The notes: generated from the letters alone by a model not told the origin. A DNA stretch of 64,000 bases from Francisella tularensis subsp. holarctica (GCA_945860585.1 CAMARA010000001.1:37910-101909), one strand, 5' to 3'; positions 26,989 through 36,680 are shown, counted from the stretch's first letter. Numbers and translations are program-made.

Positions 26989-28179
26989 TTATTTTTTTTG
27001 TTCCATTGCATCGACGAAGTCTGCCCACTCCTGCATCATCACCTTCCTCTCATCTAAAAATTCAGCGCGATCGTAAGCCGCGACAATCTTGTTTTCAGGG
27101 GCATGGGCCAGCTGCCGATCTATCGTCTCATGGCGATAATGAAGCTTTTCTTTAATGGTGCTCATCGCTAAAGCTCTAAACCCGTGGCCCGTGGTCTTGT
27201 CTTGATAACCAAGCCGTTTGATTGCGCCTAAAATGGTGCTATCGCTCATGGTATTTTTTGGGTTGATTTGGCTTGGGAAAAGATATTCTGAAGAGCCTCT
27301 GAATTCTTTGAGCTCATTGATGATTGTTAAAACCTGTTTCGATAAGGGCACAATATGCGAGCGGCGCATTTTCATACGTTCAGCAGGAATCACCCATTGA
27401 GCATCCCTTTCGTTGATTTCATTCCACCTAGCGCCAATCAATTCATTGGTTCGTACGAAGGTGAGTAAAAGCATTTTAACGGCTAGGCGTGTTGGCTTAA
27501 ACAGGCGTCTTTCATTCTTTTCTAACGCTTGCAAGAATGCGGGAAGATCTTTTAGATCAAGGGCTTTAAAGTGGGTATGAATAGATGGCTTTAAGGCATC
27601 CTTTAAGTCGCTGGCAGGGTTATGCTCCGCACGTTTGGTCAAAATAGCATATCTGAAAATCCTGACACAGTATTGCAGGAGGCGGTGGGCCATTTCGTGT
27701 GAGCCGCGACTTTCCACCTTTTTGAGCGTATCAAGCAATTCAAGGGCGCCAATCTCTGCGATAGGGCGTCTGCCAATTTCTGAAAAGATATCTATATCTA
27801 GGCGATGCAAAATATCTTCCCCGTGACTTTTTTTCCAATTGCCTAAATTGGTATCATGCCATTCACGCGCAACGACCTCAAACACGTTGCCTTCTTTCAT
27901 GGAGACCAAACGTTTTACGTTTTTCTTGGCTTGTGATGGATCAAGGCCTTTAGCCAAAATCTCGCGGGCTATTCTTTGCTTTTCTCTGGCATCAAATAAT
28001 TTAACAGCAGGGTATATCCCCATGGAAAGAAGGCGCTCTTTTCCCGCAATACGATACTTCATGCGCCAGCATTTTGTGCCGTTAGGTTTGACTAAAAGGT
28101 ATAAGCCGCCAGCGTCCGCGAGCTTATATTCCTTCTTCATGGGTTTAGCGTTTTTGCAGATGACATCATTTAAATTCAT
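26989..28179 (-). CDS. int: P4/CP4-57-type tyrosine integrase
   Basis: N-terminal arm-binding region 'LADAGGLYLLVKPNGTKCWRMKYR'. C-terminal 'TGHGFRALAMS' and 'LAHAPENKIVAAYDR' catalytic boxes. Adjacent to the tRNA 3' end. Confidence 0.9.
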   Translation of the reverse strand: MNLNDVICKNAKPMKKEYKLADAGGLYLLVKPNGTKCWRMKYRIAGKERLLSMGIYPAVKLFDAREKQRIAREILAKGLDPSQAKKNVKRLVSMKEGNVFEVVAREWHDTNLGNWKKSHGEDILHRLDIDIFSEIGRRPIAEIGALELLDTLKKVESRGSHEMAHRLLQYCVRIFRYAILTKRAEHNPASDLKDALKPSIHTHFKALDLKDLPAFLQALEKNERRLFKPTRLAVKMLLLTFVRTNELIGARWNEINERDAQWVIPAERMKMRRSHIVPLSKQVLTIINELKEFRGSSEYLFPSQINPKNTMSDSTILGAIKRLGYQDKTTGHGFRALAMSTIKEKLHYRHETIDRQLAHAPENKIVAAYDRAEFLDERKVMMQEWADFVDAMEQKK

Positions 28180-28355
28180 GGTGGGGGTATCCTTAAGCTT
28201 GGTTGCTTGCCGATACCCCCAATAATACCCCCATATTTTTGGCTTGTCAAGGGTTGAGGTGGGTGCTTATGAATGCACGAGATTTAGGTTTTTCAATCAC
28301 TTACAGAATATTGCGATCGTATTGATGTCTAGAGAGTGATCTTGATTTAGGTGGT

Positions 28356-28448
28356 TGGCGGAGAAGGAGGGATTCGAACCCTCGATGGAGCTTTTGACCC
28401 CATACTCCCTTAGCAGGGGAGCGCCTTCGACCACTCGGCCACTTCTCC
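28356..28448 (-). tRNA. tRNA-Ser (anticodon GCU)
   Basis: Reverse complement reads GGAGAAGTGGCCGAGTGGTCGAAGGCGCTCCCCTGCTAAGGGAG...GAGGGTTCGAATCCCTCCTTCTCCGCCA. It has a long variable arm, anticodon loop CTGCTAA and an encoded CCA. Confidence 0.93.
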
Positions 28449-28552
28449 GGAAGAGGGGGTATTTTCTAGGAATTGAATTCAAAAGTCAAGGGGGCGTTGT
28501 ATTTAAATTACAGTTCCGGGATAATAGAAGCTATTTACATGGGGGAGCTCTG

Positions 28553-28921
28553 ATGTTGGATGTGTTTGCAGATAAAATCGAGAGTCTGGGACTGCCCCAT
28601 TTTCAGCGGCATATTTTTATTTGTGCAGACTCCAGTAAAAATAAATGTTGTATGCGTGAGGCGGGCATAGAGGCCTTTGAATATTTGAAGACGCGGCTTG
28701 ATGAATTGGGGTTGTCGGGGCAGGGAGGTGTGTTGCGTACCAAGGCAAACTGCCTGCGCTTTTGTATGCAAGGGCCGATTGTCGTGATTTATCCGGAGGG
28801 AGTGTGGTATCATTCGTGCTCACCGGAGGTATTGGAAAAAATTATTCAACAGCATATCCTGGGCGGTCAGATCGTCAAGGAGTATTTAATTGGTGAGAAT
28901 GGAAAAGTAAAGGAGGGCTAG
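28553..28921 (+). CDS. thioredoxin-like [2Fe-2S] ferredoxin-domain protein
   Basis: Cys ligand pattern '[12 protein letters not shown]' ... '[10 protein letters not shown]'. ggggag RBS before ATG 28553. The track ORF's N-terminal extension overlaps the tRNA. Confidence 0.65.
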   Translation: MLDVFADKIESLGLPHFQRHIFICADSSKNKCCMREAGIEAFEYLKTRLDELGLSGQGGVLRTKANCLRFCMQGPIVVIYPEGVWYHSCSPEVLEKIIQQHILGGQIVKEYLIGENGKVKEG

Positions 28922-29926
28922 ATGTTAGTATTGTCGGGCGATATCGGAGGGACAAACGGGCGTTTGCAACTCACGAAATTTGAGTCAGAAACGCAATTTA
29001 CCATTTTGGCGCATGAGTCTTTTTCAAATAGCGAATTTGAAGGGTTTTCGAGTGTGGTGGCGCGGTTTTTGTTGCATAATAAAGTGGACCTCTCGCAAGT
29101 GGATTGTGCCTGTTTAGCTGTGGCGGGGCCGATTGTAGATGGCGTGGTGCAGTTTACGAATTTGCCCTGGGTGATTTCGGAGGCGGAACTCATTACCTTG
29201 GGCCTGAAAAATGTGAAGCTGATCAATGATTTTGAGGCCATCGGTTATGGCATCGATACCCTGCAACCGGATGCATATCATGTGCTGCAGCAGGGCGTGC
29301 CGAAAGCGCATCATGTGCGGGCAATTTTGGGTGCGGGAACAGGGCTGGGTGTGGCAATTTCTGTTTCAAATGGTGCGCGTTATCAGGTGATTCCTACAGA
29401 GGGTGGGCATGTCGATTTTGCGCCGACGGATGATACGCAAATTAATTTATTAAAATATTTGAATAGAAAGCGTCACCGCGTCTCCATGGAACGGCTGGTG
29501 TCGGGTCAGGGATTGGTGAATATTTATGATTATGTGAGCAAGCATCCGCTGTTGAATGAAACGGAAAATCCGGAATTAAAGCGTGCGCTCTTCAATCAAG
29601 TGCATGATCCTGCTGCAGAAATCAGTCGCTATGCAACGGTGCATCATGATCCGATGGCCATGCATGCTTTGGATTTGTTTATTCGCATTTATGGGGCCTG
29701 TGCTGGGAATCTGGCGTTGATGACGCTGCCGTATTCCGGTTTGTATATTGTTGGAGGGATTGCGCCTAAATTGCTTGAATATCTGCTGGATGGGCGCTTT
29801 TTGCGTGCTTATGGTGATAAAGGGCGCATGTCTGGTTTGTTGGCGAGTATTCCGATTTATGTAGTGCTGGATACGAATATCGGCCTGCAGGGTGCTGCGA
29901 ATTATGCTTATATGTATTTAAACTAG
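28922..29926 (+). CDS. glk: glucokinase
   Basis: 'LSGDIGGTNGRL' ATP-binding N-terminus and 'GAGTGLGVA'. Length 334 aa. Confidence 0.88.
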   Translation: MLVLSGDIGGTNGRLQLTKFESETQFTILAHESFSNSEFEGFSSVVARFLLHNKVDLSQVDCACLAVAGPIVDGVVQFTNLPWVISEAELITLGLKNVKLINDFEAIGYGIDTLQPDAYHVLQQGVPKAHHVRAILGAGTGLGVAISVSNGARYQVIPTEGGHVDFAPTDDTQINLLKYLNRKRHRVSMERLVSGQGLVNIYDYVSKHPLLNETENPELKRALFNQVHDPAAEISRYATVHHDPMAMHALDLFIRIYGACAGNLALMTLPYSGLYIVGGIAPKLLEYLLDGRFLRAYGDKGRMSGLLASIPIYVVLDTNIGLQGAANYAYMYLN

Positions 29927-29928
29927 GG

Positions 29929-30606
29929 ATGAACATGGAAACGCATATACTTTATCCAGAGGGCGCGCATACGGCGAGCATTATCTGGCTGCATGGATTG
30001 GGTGCTGATGGCTATGATTTCGCGCCGGTTGCCGAGGAGTTAGGGCTTTTGCACCAGGGCGTGAAGTTTATTTTCCCGCATGCGCCGGTACGTCCAATTA
30101 CGATTAATCAAGGGTATGAGATGCGCGGCTGGTATGATATCGTGACCTTGGATCGAGATAATTTTATTCATGATGTCCCGGGTATTGAGGCGTCCAGCGC
30201 GTTTGTGCATCAGTTAATTGCAGAAGAAGTTCGCCTGGGCATTCCTGCCTCCAGAATTATTTTGGTTGGGTTTTCGCAAGGGGGCGCGATTGCGCTGTAT
30301 GCTGGCTTGACGGATGTGCACGCTTTGGGAGGCATCATCGGTTTGTCGACGTATCTGCCTGCGCCGGAATTATTGCCTGCAAAACGGAGTGTCCATCGGC
30401 CGCCGATCTTAATGCAGCATGGCACTGAAGATGTGCTCGTCCTGCCTGAATTTGCTGAATTAAGCTGTGAGATGCTGCGGGAGATGGGCTATCATCCTGA
30501 CTTGGATCTGTACCCAATTGGACACACCATTTATCGGCCGCTGCTGGATAGAATTCAGACGTGGATCTGTGCTATACTGAAAATAGATTTGACGAAAGGA
30601 GTATAA
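29929..30606 (+). CDS. carboxylesterase/phospholipase-family alpha/beta hydrolase
   Basis: 'WLHGLGADG' and nucleophile elbow 'GFSQGG'. C-terminal His in 'PIGHTI'. Confidence 0.8.
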   Translation: MNMETHILYPEGAHTASIIWLHGLGADGYDFAPVAEELGLLHQGVKFIFPHAPVRPITINQGYEMRGWYDIVTLDRDNFIHDVPGIEASSAFVHQLIAEEVRLGIPASRIILVGFSQGGAIALYAGLTDVHALGGIIGLSTYLPAPELLPAKRSVHRPPILMQHGTEDVLVLPEFAELSCEMLREMGYHPDLDLYPIGHTIYRPLLDRIQTWICAILKIDLTKGV

Positions 30607-30609
30607 ACT

Positions 30610-31185
30610 ATGAAAGGAATGGTGTGGATTGGCGTGGTTGTGGTCTTGATTTTGGCCTATATCATCAGCATTTACAATCGCCTGATCTCGATGATTGAGA
30701 CCGTGCGCAATAATCAAAAACAGATTGATATTCAATTGGATCGCCGGTATAAGGTTTTCCAATCTTTGATTGAAGTTGTCAAAAAATACATGGACTACGA
30801 GCAGACGACGCTGAAAGATGTCGTGGCTTTGCGTAATAGTGCAGTAGCGGCCAAGAGCTCTGGTGATAGTGCAGCCATGATGGCGGCCGAAAATAAAATC
30901 TCCGGAATTGCATCGGGATTGAATGTCGTTTTTGAGCAGTATCCTGATTTGAAAGCCAATCAAAATGCCCTGCAATTGCAGGAAGAAATTGTCTCCACGG
31001 AAAACAAACTCGCTTTTGCGAAGCAGGCATTGAATGATAGTGTGGAGCGTTATAATGCTGAGAAAAAATCGTTCTTCCAAGGCATGGTGGTGGGGCTTTT
31101 TTCCAAGCTGAATCAGGATTTCCCATATTGGCAGCTGGATGCGGATCAAGTGAAAACGCAAGAAGCCTATACAGTGAAGCTGTAG
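30610..31185 (+). CDS. lemA: LemA-family protein
   Basis: N-terminal TM, 'YNRLI' and 'NQKQIDIQLDRRY', 'YPDLKANQNALQLQEEI' LemA signatures. Confidence 0.88.
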   Translation: MKGMVWIGVVVVLILAYIISIYNRLISMIETVRNNQKQIDIQLDRRYKVFQSLIEVVKKYMDYEQTTLKDVVALRNSAVAAKSSGDSAAMMAAENKISGIASGLNVVFEQYPDLKANQNALQLQEEIVSTENKLAFAKQALNDSVERYNAEKKSFFQGMVVGLFSKLNQDFPYWQLDADQVKTQEAYTVKL

Positions 31186-31188
31186 ATC

Positions 31189-32226
31189 ATGCATTCGCAT
31201 CAGGAATCCAATACGGCTGATTGGCGTAAAATCTTAAAGCAGAATAGTCTGCGCACGCGCGCTGTGATTTTGACATTTTTATTGATTTATGGGTTTGTTG
31301 GGCTGTTGTTTGATACCTATTTTCATATGGGTCTGTACCCTGGTTTGAGTGCTGCACAGGTGATGGGCTTGTTGCTGAGTTTTCAAGTTTTGCCGGTGTC
31401 TACCTTGGTGGCCTTGGCCATTGCGGTGATCTGTGTGCTGGTGACCTACGCGTCTTACGATAAGCTGATGTTGCTGGGTACGGAATATTTTGAAATTACG
31501 CCTCAAACTGCACGCAATCTTTTAGACACGCAGGTATACAATGTGGTGGAAGAAATGCGTATTGCGGCGGGCTTACGTTTTATGCCTAAAGTCTTTATGA
31601 TTGAAGCAAATTATATGAATGCCTTTGCCAGTGGTTTTAGTGAAGCCTCCGCCATGATTGCGATTACGCGCGGCCTGGCTGAAAAATTAGATCGTGCGGA
31701 GTTGCAGGCTGTGTTGGCCCATGAATTATCGCATATCCGTCATTTAGATATTAAGCTGACTTTATTTGCGGCGGTGCTGAGTAATCTGATTCTTATGCTG
31801 ATTGATATTTTGTTTTGGTCAATGTTGTTCGGCGGTGGACGGCGCGATGAGCGCGAACGAGGGGGCAATCAGCTGTTTTTGATCGTAATGATTTTGCGCT
31901 ATGCCTTGCCTTTGATTACCATTCTCTTATCGATGTATCTCAGCCGGACGCGCGAATTTATGGCTGATAGTGGGGCGGTTGAACTCATGCGGGATAATGG
32001 GCCGCTGGGGCGAGCTTTGCTGAAAATTCAGCAAGATCATGCTGGCAATCAGGCGCAATATACGCAGGATTATAAAAAAACGGCCCATGAAGGCGTGCGA
32101 CGTACCGCGTATATTTACGATCCAGCTCAGGCGGGAATTGGCGTGGGCGGGTCTATGAGTGATCTCTTTTCCACCCATCCTGCATTAAAAGAGCGCTTGA
32201 AAGCGATTGGCATCCCTTTGAGTTAA
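31189..32226 (+). CDS. M48-family zinc metalloprotease (HtpX-like)
   Basis: 'HELSHIRHLD' HExxH motif, four TM segments and C-terminal 'THPALKERL'. Confidence 0.85.
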   Translation: MHSHQESNTADWRKILKQNSLRTRAVILTFLLIYGFVGLLFDTYFHMGLYPGLSAAQVMGLLLSFQVLPVSTLVALAIAVICVLVTYASYDKLMLLGTEYFEITPQTARNLLDTQVYNVVEEMRIAAGLRFMPKVFMIEANYMNAFASGFSEASAMIAITRGLAEKLDRAELQAVLAHELSHIRHLDIKLTLFAAVLSNLILMLIDILFWSMLFGGGRRDERERGGNQLFLIVMILRYALPLITILLSMYLSRTREFMADSGAVELMRDNGPLGRALLKIQQDHAGNQAQYTQDYKKTAHEGVRRTAYIYDPAQAGIGVGGSMSDLFSTHPALKERLKAIGIPLS

Positions 32227-32279
32227 GCGTCGGTTCCTGTAAGATAGTTGCTATTCCAGTTTAAATTGAAAAGAGACCT

Positions 32280-33062
32280 ATGCATCCACAAGTGAATATT
32301 GCAGTGCGGGCCGCGCGTCGTGCGGGAGACATCATTCTGCGGGCGATGGATCGCCTCGAGGGCCTGAAAATCCATGAGAAAGGCCATCATGATTACGCGA
32401 GTGAAGTGGATCTCCAGGCTGAACAAGCGATTATCGATATCATTGCCGCGTCCTATCCAGAAGATAGTTTTTTAACGGAAGAGCAGGGTGAGATCTGGAA
32501 GGGAGATCCTGACCAGGTGTGGGTGATTGATCCGCTGGATGGAACCTTAAATTTTCTGCATGGCTTCCCTCATTTTGCCGTTTCGATTGCGAAGAAAGTG
32601 AATGGGCGCGTGGAACATGCGGTCGTGTATAATCCGATTACGCAGGATATTTTTGCGGCAACACGAGGGGAGGGCGCGAATCTCAATGCGGCGAGGCGTT
32701 TGCGTGTCTCTAAACGCGGCAGTTTGAATGGCGCCTTGGTTGCCACGAATTTACCGCGTACCGCCGGAGATCAAACCGCGTATCATGATTTTATGGCAGC
32801 AACTTTACCGGAAGTGGCGGCGTTTCGGCGTACTGGCTCGACGGTGCTGGATTTGGCTTATGTCGCGGCGGGTCTGCTTGATGCCGCAGTGTGTGTGGGT
32901 TTTGAGGAATGGGATGTCGCTGCGGGGATGCTGCTCGTTCGTGAAGCCGGTGGCCTGGTCACTGATTTTAAAGGTGGCGATGATATATTGAAAGAAAAAC
33001 GATTTTTGGCGGGTAATCCTAAACAGATGAAAGGATTGCTGCCCTATTTAAAAAGTTTATAG
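32280..33062 (+). CDS. suhB: inositol monophosphatase family protein
   Basis: '[12 protein letters not shown]' and 'EEWDVAAG' IMPase motifs. Confidence 0.88.
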   Translation: MHPQVNIAVRAARRAGDIILRAMDRLEGLKIHEKGHHDYASEVDLQAEQAIIDIIAASYPEDSFLTEEQGEIWKGDPDQVWVIDPLDGTLNFLHGFPHFAVSIAKKVNGRVEHAVVYNPITQDIFAATRGEGANLNAARRLRVSKRGSLNGALVATNLPRTAGDQTAYHDFMAATLPEVAAFRRTGSTVLDLAYVAAGLLDAAVCVGFEEWDVAAGMLLVREAGGLVTDFKGGDDILKEKRFLAGNPKQMKGLLPYLKSL

Positions 33063-33082
33063 AAGACCAAGCAGAGGAGAAG

Positions 33083-34180
33083 ATGATGTCCAATTCCAAT
33101 TATGATGGCGCTTTGCAAACAGGCGCAACCGGGCTCGAAGATTTGAATATGGGGGCGGCGCGCATTCGGGTCGATGATAAAAAAATCATCAATTGCCGTG
33201 CGGACTTGAACCAGCTGTTTCCGCTGAAATATGATTGGGCTTGGCAGAAATATCTCGATGCGTGTACGAATCACTGGATGCCGCAGGAAATGAATATGGC
33301 GGCCGATATTGCGCTGTGGAAAGATCCGAATGGTCTGACGGAAGATGAGCGTGTGATTTTAAAACGGGCGCTCGGATTTTTTTCAACGGCAGATTCGCTG
33401 GTTGCGAATAATCTGGTGCTGGCCGTGTATCGTCATATTACCAATCCAGAATGTCGTCAGTATATTCTGCGTCAGTCCTTTGAAGAGGCGCTGCACACGC
33501 ACAGCTATACCTACATCATTGAAAGTCTGGGCTTGGATCAAAGCGAAATGTTTAATATGTATCGCGAAATTCCGTCGATTCATGATAAGGCGGCCTGGTC
33601 TTTGCGCTATACGCAGTCGATTGCCGATCCTTATTTTTCAACGGGTACCACTGAAAAAGATCAGCAATTTCTGCGCGACTTAATCGCGTTTTATGTGATC
33701 TTTGAAGGGATTTTCTTTTACGTCGGCTTTGTGCAGATTCTGTCATTTGGACGTCGTAATATGATGACCGGGACGGCTGAGCAAATTCAATATATTTTGC
33801 GGGATGAGTCCATGCATCTGAACTTTGGGATTGATGTGATCAATCAAATCAAGTTTGAAAATCCTGATCTGTGGACGGCCGAGTTTCAGGAGCAAGCACG
33901 TCAGATGATCATCGAGGCAACCGAGTTGGAATGCCGTTATGCGATTGATACCATGCCACGTGGCGTCTTGGGTCTCAATGCACCGATGTTCCGGGAATAC
34001 ATGCAGTTTATTGCCAATCGTCGTTGTCAGCAGATTGGTTTGAAGCCCGTCTATCCCGATACGGATAATCCTTTCCCCTGGATGAGCGAAGTGATTGATC
34101 TCAAAAAAGAGAAAAATTTCTTTGAGACGCGCGTGACGGAGTATAAAGTAGGTGGCGCTTTGAGCTGGGATGAAGAGTAA
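33083..34180 (+). CDS. nrdB: ribonucleotide-diphosphate reductase subunit beta (class Ia)
   Basis: Di-iron ligand segments '[11 protein letters not shown]' and 'RDESMHLNF'. No nrdA adjacent. Confidence 0.9.
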   Translation: MMSNSNYDGALQTGATGLEDLNMGAARIRVDDKKIINCRADLNQLFPLKYDWAWQKYLDACTNHWMPQEMNMAADIALWKDPNGLTEDERVILKRALGFFSTADSLVANNLVLAVYRHITNPECRQYILRQSFEEALHTHSYTYIIESLGLDQSEMFNMYREIPSIHDKAAWSLRYTQSIADPYFSTGTTEKDQQFLRDLIAFYVIFEGIFFYVGFVQILSFGRRNMMTGTAEQIQYILRDESMHLNFGIDVINQIKFENPDLWTAEFQEQARQMIIEATELECRYAIDTMPRGVLGLNAPMFREYMQFIANRRCQQIGLKPVYPDTDNPFPWMSEVIDLKKEKNFFETRVTEYKVGGALSWDEE

Positions 34181-34183
34181 GCG

Positions 34184-35155
34184 GTGAAAACCGTGACACC
34201 CGCATTGCGCCAGCTGGTCAAAATTTTAAACGATCAGCAGCTGCATTCAGGCCATGATCTTAGCCTGGCTTTGCAGATTTCACGGAATGCGGTGTGGAAA
34301 CATATCCAGCAATTGATCAAATATGGGATTGAAGTGGAGTCGGTGCAAAGTTCCGGCTATCGTCTACACGCGCCTTTGAGTTTATTGAATGAAAATGAGA
34401 TTCGCCCGGCATTGCATCAGCCCAAGATTGCATTGGAATTGCTGGGCAGCGTCGGCTCGACCAATGATTTTACCTCCCCTCTGGATCCGGATCAGGGCTT
34501 GCAGTTTCGGCTGGCTGAGCATCAAACGCAGGGGCGCGGGCGTTTTCATCGACCCTGGTTGGCCCCCTTTGGTGCCAATATTTTGCTCTCCTGCCGTGTT
34601 AATCTGCCTCAGGATTTAAGTCATTGCGGCGGCTTAAGTTTATGCATGGGCCTCGCCGTTGTGGCGGCTTTACGAGAGTTTGGCCTGGAAGAGTTGGCCT
34701 GCAAATGGCCGAATGATATTCTGTATCGTCAGCAAAAATTAGCCGGCGTATTGATTGAGTTGCAGGGCGAGGCGCACAGTATCACTCATGCCGTGATTGG
34801 TGTGGGCTGCAATGTGAATATGTCCGCAGAAAAATTGCTGGAGATCGAACGTCCTACCACTTCTCTGCAAGTGATTTTAGGCAGGGTGCAGGATCGCAAT
34901 CAGATTGCGGCCTTGCTCATCAATTACTTGAGTGCGTATTTAAAGCGTTTTTCTGAAAAAGGGCTCGCTGCGTTTCAGGCGGAATGGCAGATCTATGATG
35001 CTTTGCGAGGGCAGGCGATTCAGTTACATCTGGGGGCAGCGTGTATTCAGGGCGTGGTCACAGGGATTGATGCTTTAGGACATTTGCTGGTGCAGCTTCC
35101 TTCAGGCGAAATCAAGGCCTATTCCGCGGGTGAAGTGTCCCTGAGTCCACCATAA
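34184..35155 (+). CDS. birA: bifunctional biotin operon repressor / biotin-[acetyl-CoA-carboxylase] ligase
   Basis: N-terminal winged HTH and 'QTQGRGRFHRPW' biotin-ligase motif. GTG start. Confidence 0.88.
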   Translation: MKTVTPALRQLVKILNDQQLHSGHDLSLALQISRNAVWKHIQQLIKYGIEVESVQSSGYRLHAPLSLLNENEIRPALHQPKIALELLGSVGSTNDFTSPLDPDQGLQFRLAEHQTQGRGRFHRPWLAPFGANILLSCRVNLPQDLSHCGGLSLCMGLAVVAALREFGLEELACKWPNDILYRQQKLAGVLIELQGEAHSITHAVIGVGCNVNMSAEKLLEIERPTTSLQVILGRVQDRNQIAALLINYLSAYLKRFSEKGLAAFQAEWQIYDALRGQAIQLHLGAACIQGVVTGIDALGHLLVQLPSGEIKAYSAGEVSLSPP

Positions 35156-35755
35156 AGCAGCGGGAATGTGGGTACGTAAATAGGCAATATTTTCTTGAAG
35201 AGAGGGCATCTCATCTGGCCACACATTGGCAACCCAGCCTGCTAAGTGACAGCCGCTGTGTTGAATAGCCTCAACGCTGAGCATGGCATGATTGATGCAG
35301 CCCAGGCGCATCCCCACGACGAGAATGACGTCTGCCTGCATCTGGGTCACAACATCAGCCCAGGTCTCGGTTTCATTGAGCGGCACACACCAGCCGCCCG
35401 CGCCTTCAATCACATACAGATCCGCCGTTTCAGCAAAAGCAGGATCACAAGCCCTCGCAAGATCCGCAGCGCTGAGTTCGGTTCCACTTAAAGCCGCAGC
35501 AAGATGGGGTGCAATGGCGGGCTCAAAGGCAAAAGGATTCACGCTTGCATAGGGTAACTGGATTGATGCCGCTTGCTGCAGTTGCACTGCATCGTCATTG
35601 CGCAGGCCGTCGGGGCCCCGTTCACAGCCCGAAGCCAGAGGTTTCAAAGCGATGGTGCGCTGTCCCTGCGCCGCCGCGTGACGTAAAAGTTGGCAACTGA
35701 AGTAAGTCTTGCCGATGCCTGTATCCGTGCCCGTAATAAATAAGCGCCGACTCAT
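35102..35755 (-). CDS. bioD: dethiobiotin synthase
   Basis: 'LFITGTDTGIGKT' P-loop. Last gene of bioBFCD. Confidence 0.88.
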   Translation of the reverse strand: MSRRLFITGTDTGIGKTYFSCQLLRHAAAQGQRTIALKPLASGCERGPDGLRNDDAVQLQQAASIQLPYASVNPFAFEPAIAPHLAAALSGTELSAADLARACDPAFAETADLYVIEGAGGWCVPLNETETWADVVTQMQADVILVVGMRLGCINHAMLSVEAIQHSGCHLAGWVANVWPDEMPSLQENIAYLRTHIPAALWWTQGHFTRGIGLDFA

Positions 35756-35770
35756 GGTCTTCTCCGTGCT

Positions 35771-35951
35771 ATGATGTACCGTAAGCCATTCTCATATGCT
35801 GTGTCATCCTCGCGCACGCGGGGATCCAGTCTAATATCTTCCTTAAAAAAATTAGAGAGAAGAGCGCCCTTAGGCTGGATCCCCGCGTGCGCGAGGATGA
35901 CACGCCAGGGGGATAGAGTGATACAAGTGTGCTTCAGATAAACATGCATTC
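35771..35951. repeat. palindromic mini-element (MITE/REP-like) inserted at the bioC/bioD junction
   Basis: Perfect 29-bp inverted repeat gtgtcatcctcgcgcacgcggggatccag at 35801-35829 and 35875-35903. Flanked by a 21-bp imperfect direct repeat (13 bp perfect) at 35758-35778 and 35952-35972. Confidence 0.75.
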
Positions 35952-36680
35952 TCTTCTCCGTGCTGTCACGTATAGAATATGATAACTCAGGGGATAGCCT
36001 TGATCTGTACAAGGATAGTTTTTTTCTAGGTCCTGGAGTTTACTGCGTGTATTGAAAGCAGAGCAGGTCGAATCAGCCAGGGCATTGGCGCCGATATTTT
36101 TCAAACTGCGGAGCGCCGCCTGCGCACTCGAAAAATAGCAGTGCTGGATTTTGCGCGTATGCGCTTTTAATTGAAATCCTGACTGATCGAGTGCATCGAA
36201 AATAGCGGTTTCGCTAAGAAAATGCCGGGCTTTGAGTTCAGTCAAACTGCCAGCCGTGAGCGTGGAAAATAAAAGCGTGCCTTGCGGTGTCAGGATGCGT
36301 TGTATTTCTGCGAGGCTGTGGCGCAGCGCGGGGCTCCATTGCAAAGCCAGATTAGAAAAAACTATATCCATACTGTGTGCGGCCAGCGGTAGATGATCAA
36401 AATCTGCATGCATAAAATGCGGGATGCTATATTTTTTCCGGGTCTGTAAAAGCATAGTATGGCTTAAATCCAGGCCATAGGAGGAGGCCTGTGGATATTT
36501 TTTTTGCAAAAGACGCAGTCCATAGCCGGTGCCGGTACCGAGATCCAGCATCCGTTGGGGTGGTAATTCTGGCAAATGGAGGGCGAGATCCTGCGCGCAT
36601 TGATATTGGAGGGTCGCGTGTTGATCATAGACTGCAGCAGCACGGCTGAATTGCTGTTGAATGCGTTGTTTAAAGTTCAT
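35934..36680 (-). CDS. bioC: malonyl-ACP O-methyltransferase
   Basis: SAM motif 'MLDLGTGTGYG'. Position between bioF and bioD. The C-terminal residues are encoded across the duplicated junction. Confidence 0.85.
   Translation of the reverse strand: MNFKQRIQQQFSRAAAVYDQHATLQYQCAQDLALHLPELPPQRMLDLGTGTGYGLRLLQKKYPQASSYGLDLSHTMLLQTRKKYSIPHFMHADFDHLPLAAHSMDIVFSNLALQWSPALRHSLAEIQRILTPQGTLLFSTLTAGSLTELKARHFLSETAIFDALDQSGFQLKAHTRKIQHCYFSSAQAALRSLKNIGANALADSTCSAFNTRSKLQDLEKNYPCTDQGYPLSYHILYVTARRRECMFI

Larger units (their letters stand above)
11784..28448. mobile_element. integrative conjugative-type island with a Trb/P-type T4SS at tRNA-Ser(GCU); left boundary approximate
   Basis: A P4-type integrase lies next to the 3' end of tRNA-Ser. 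The island also carries an AlpA-like gene, trbBCDEJLFGI and traG. A 400-bp A-rich non-coding stretch sits at the left edge. No att direct repeat was found by eye. Confidence 0.6.

Noticed and set aside
28355-28552. N-terminal 66 codons of the track ORF 28355..28921
   Set aside because: This part is the antisense of tRNA-Ser and its flank. The ferredoxin-like domain starts at ATG 28553, which has a ggggag RBS.
30460-31200. 246-aa ORF on the minus strand
   Set aside because: It is entirely antisense to the well-supported lemA gene and the end of the esterase gene. The sequence is low-complexity (I/L/Q/H-rich) with no motif, a typical shadow ORF.
35752-36012. 86-aa ORF spanning the bioC/bioD gap
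   Set aside because: It is produced by reading through the palindromic mini-element and the duplicated junction. Only its last residues (...YIIARRRP) look like a relic of the ancestral bioC end. It is not an independent gene.
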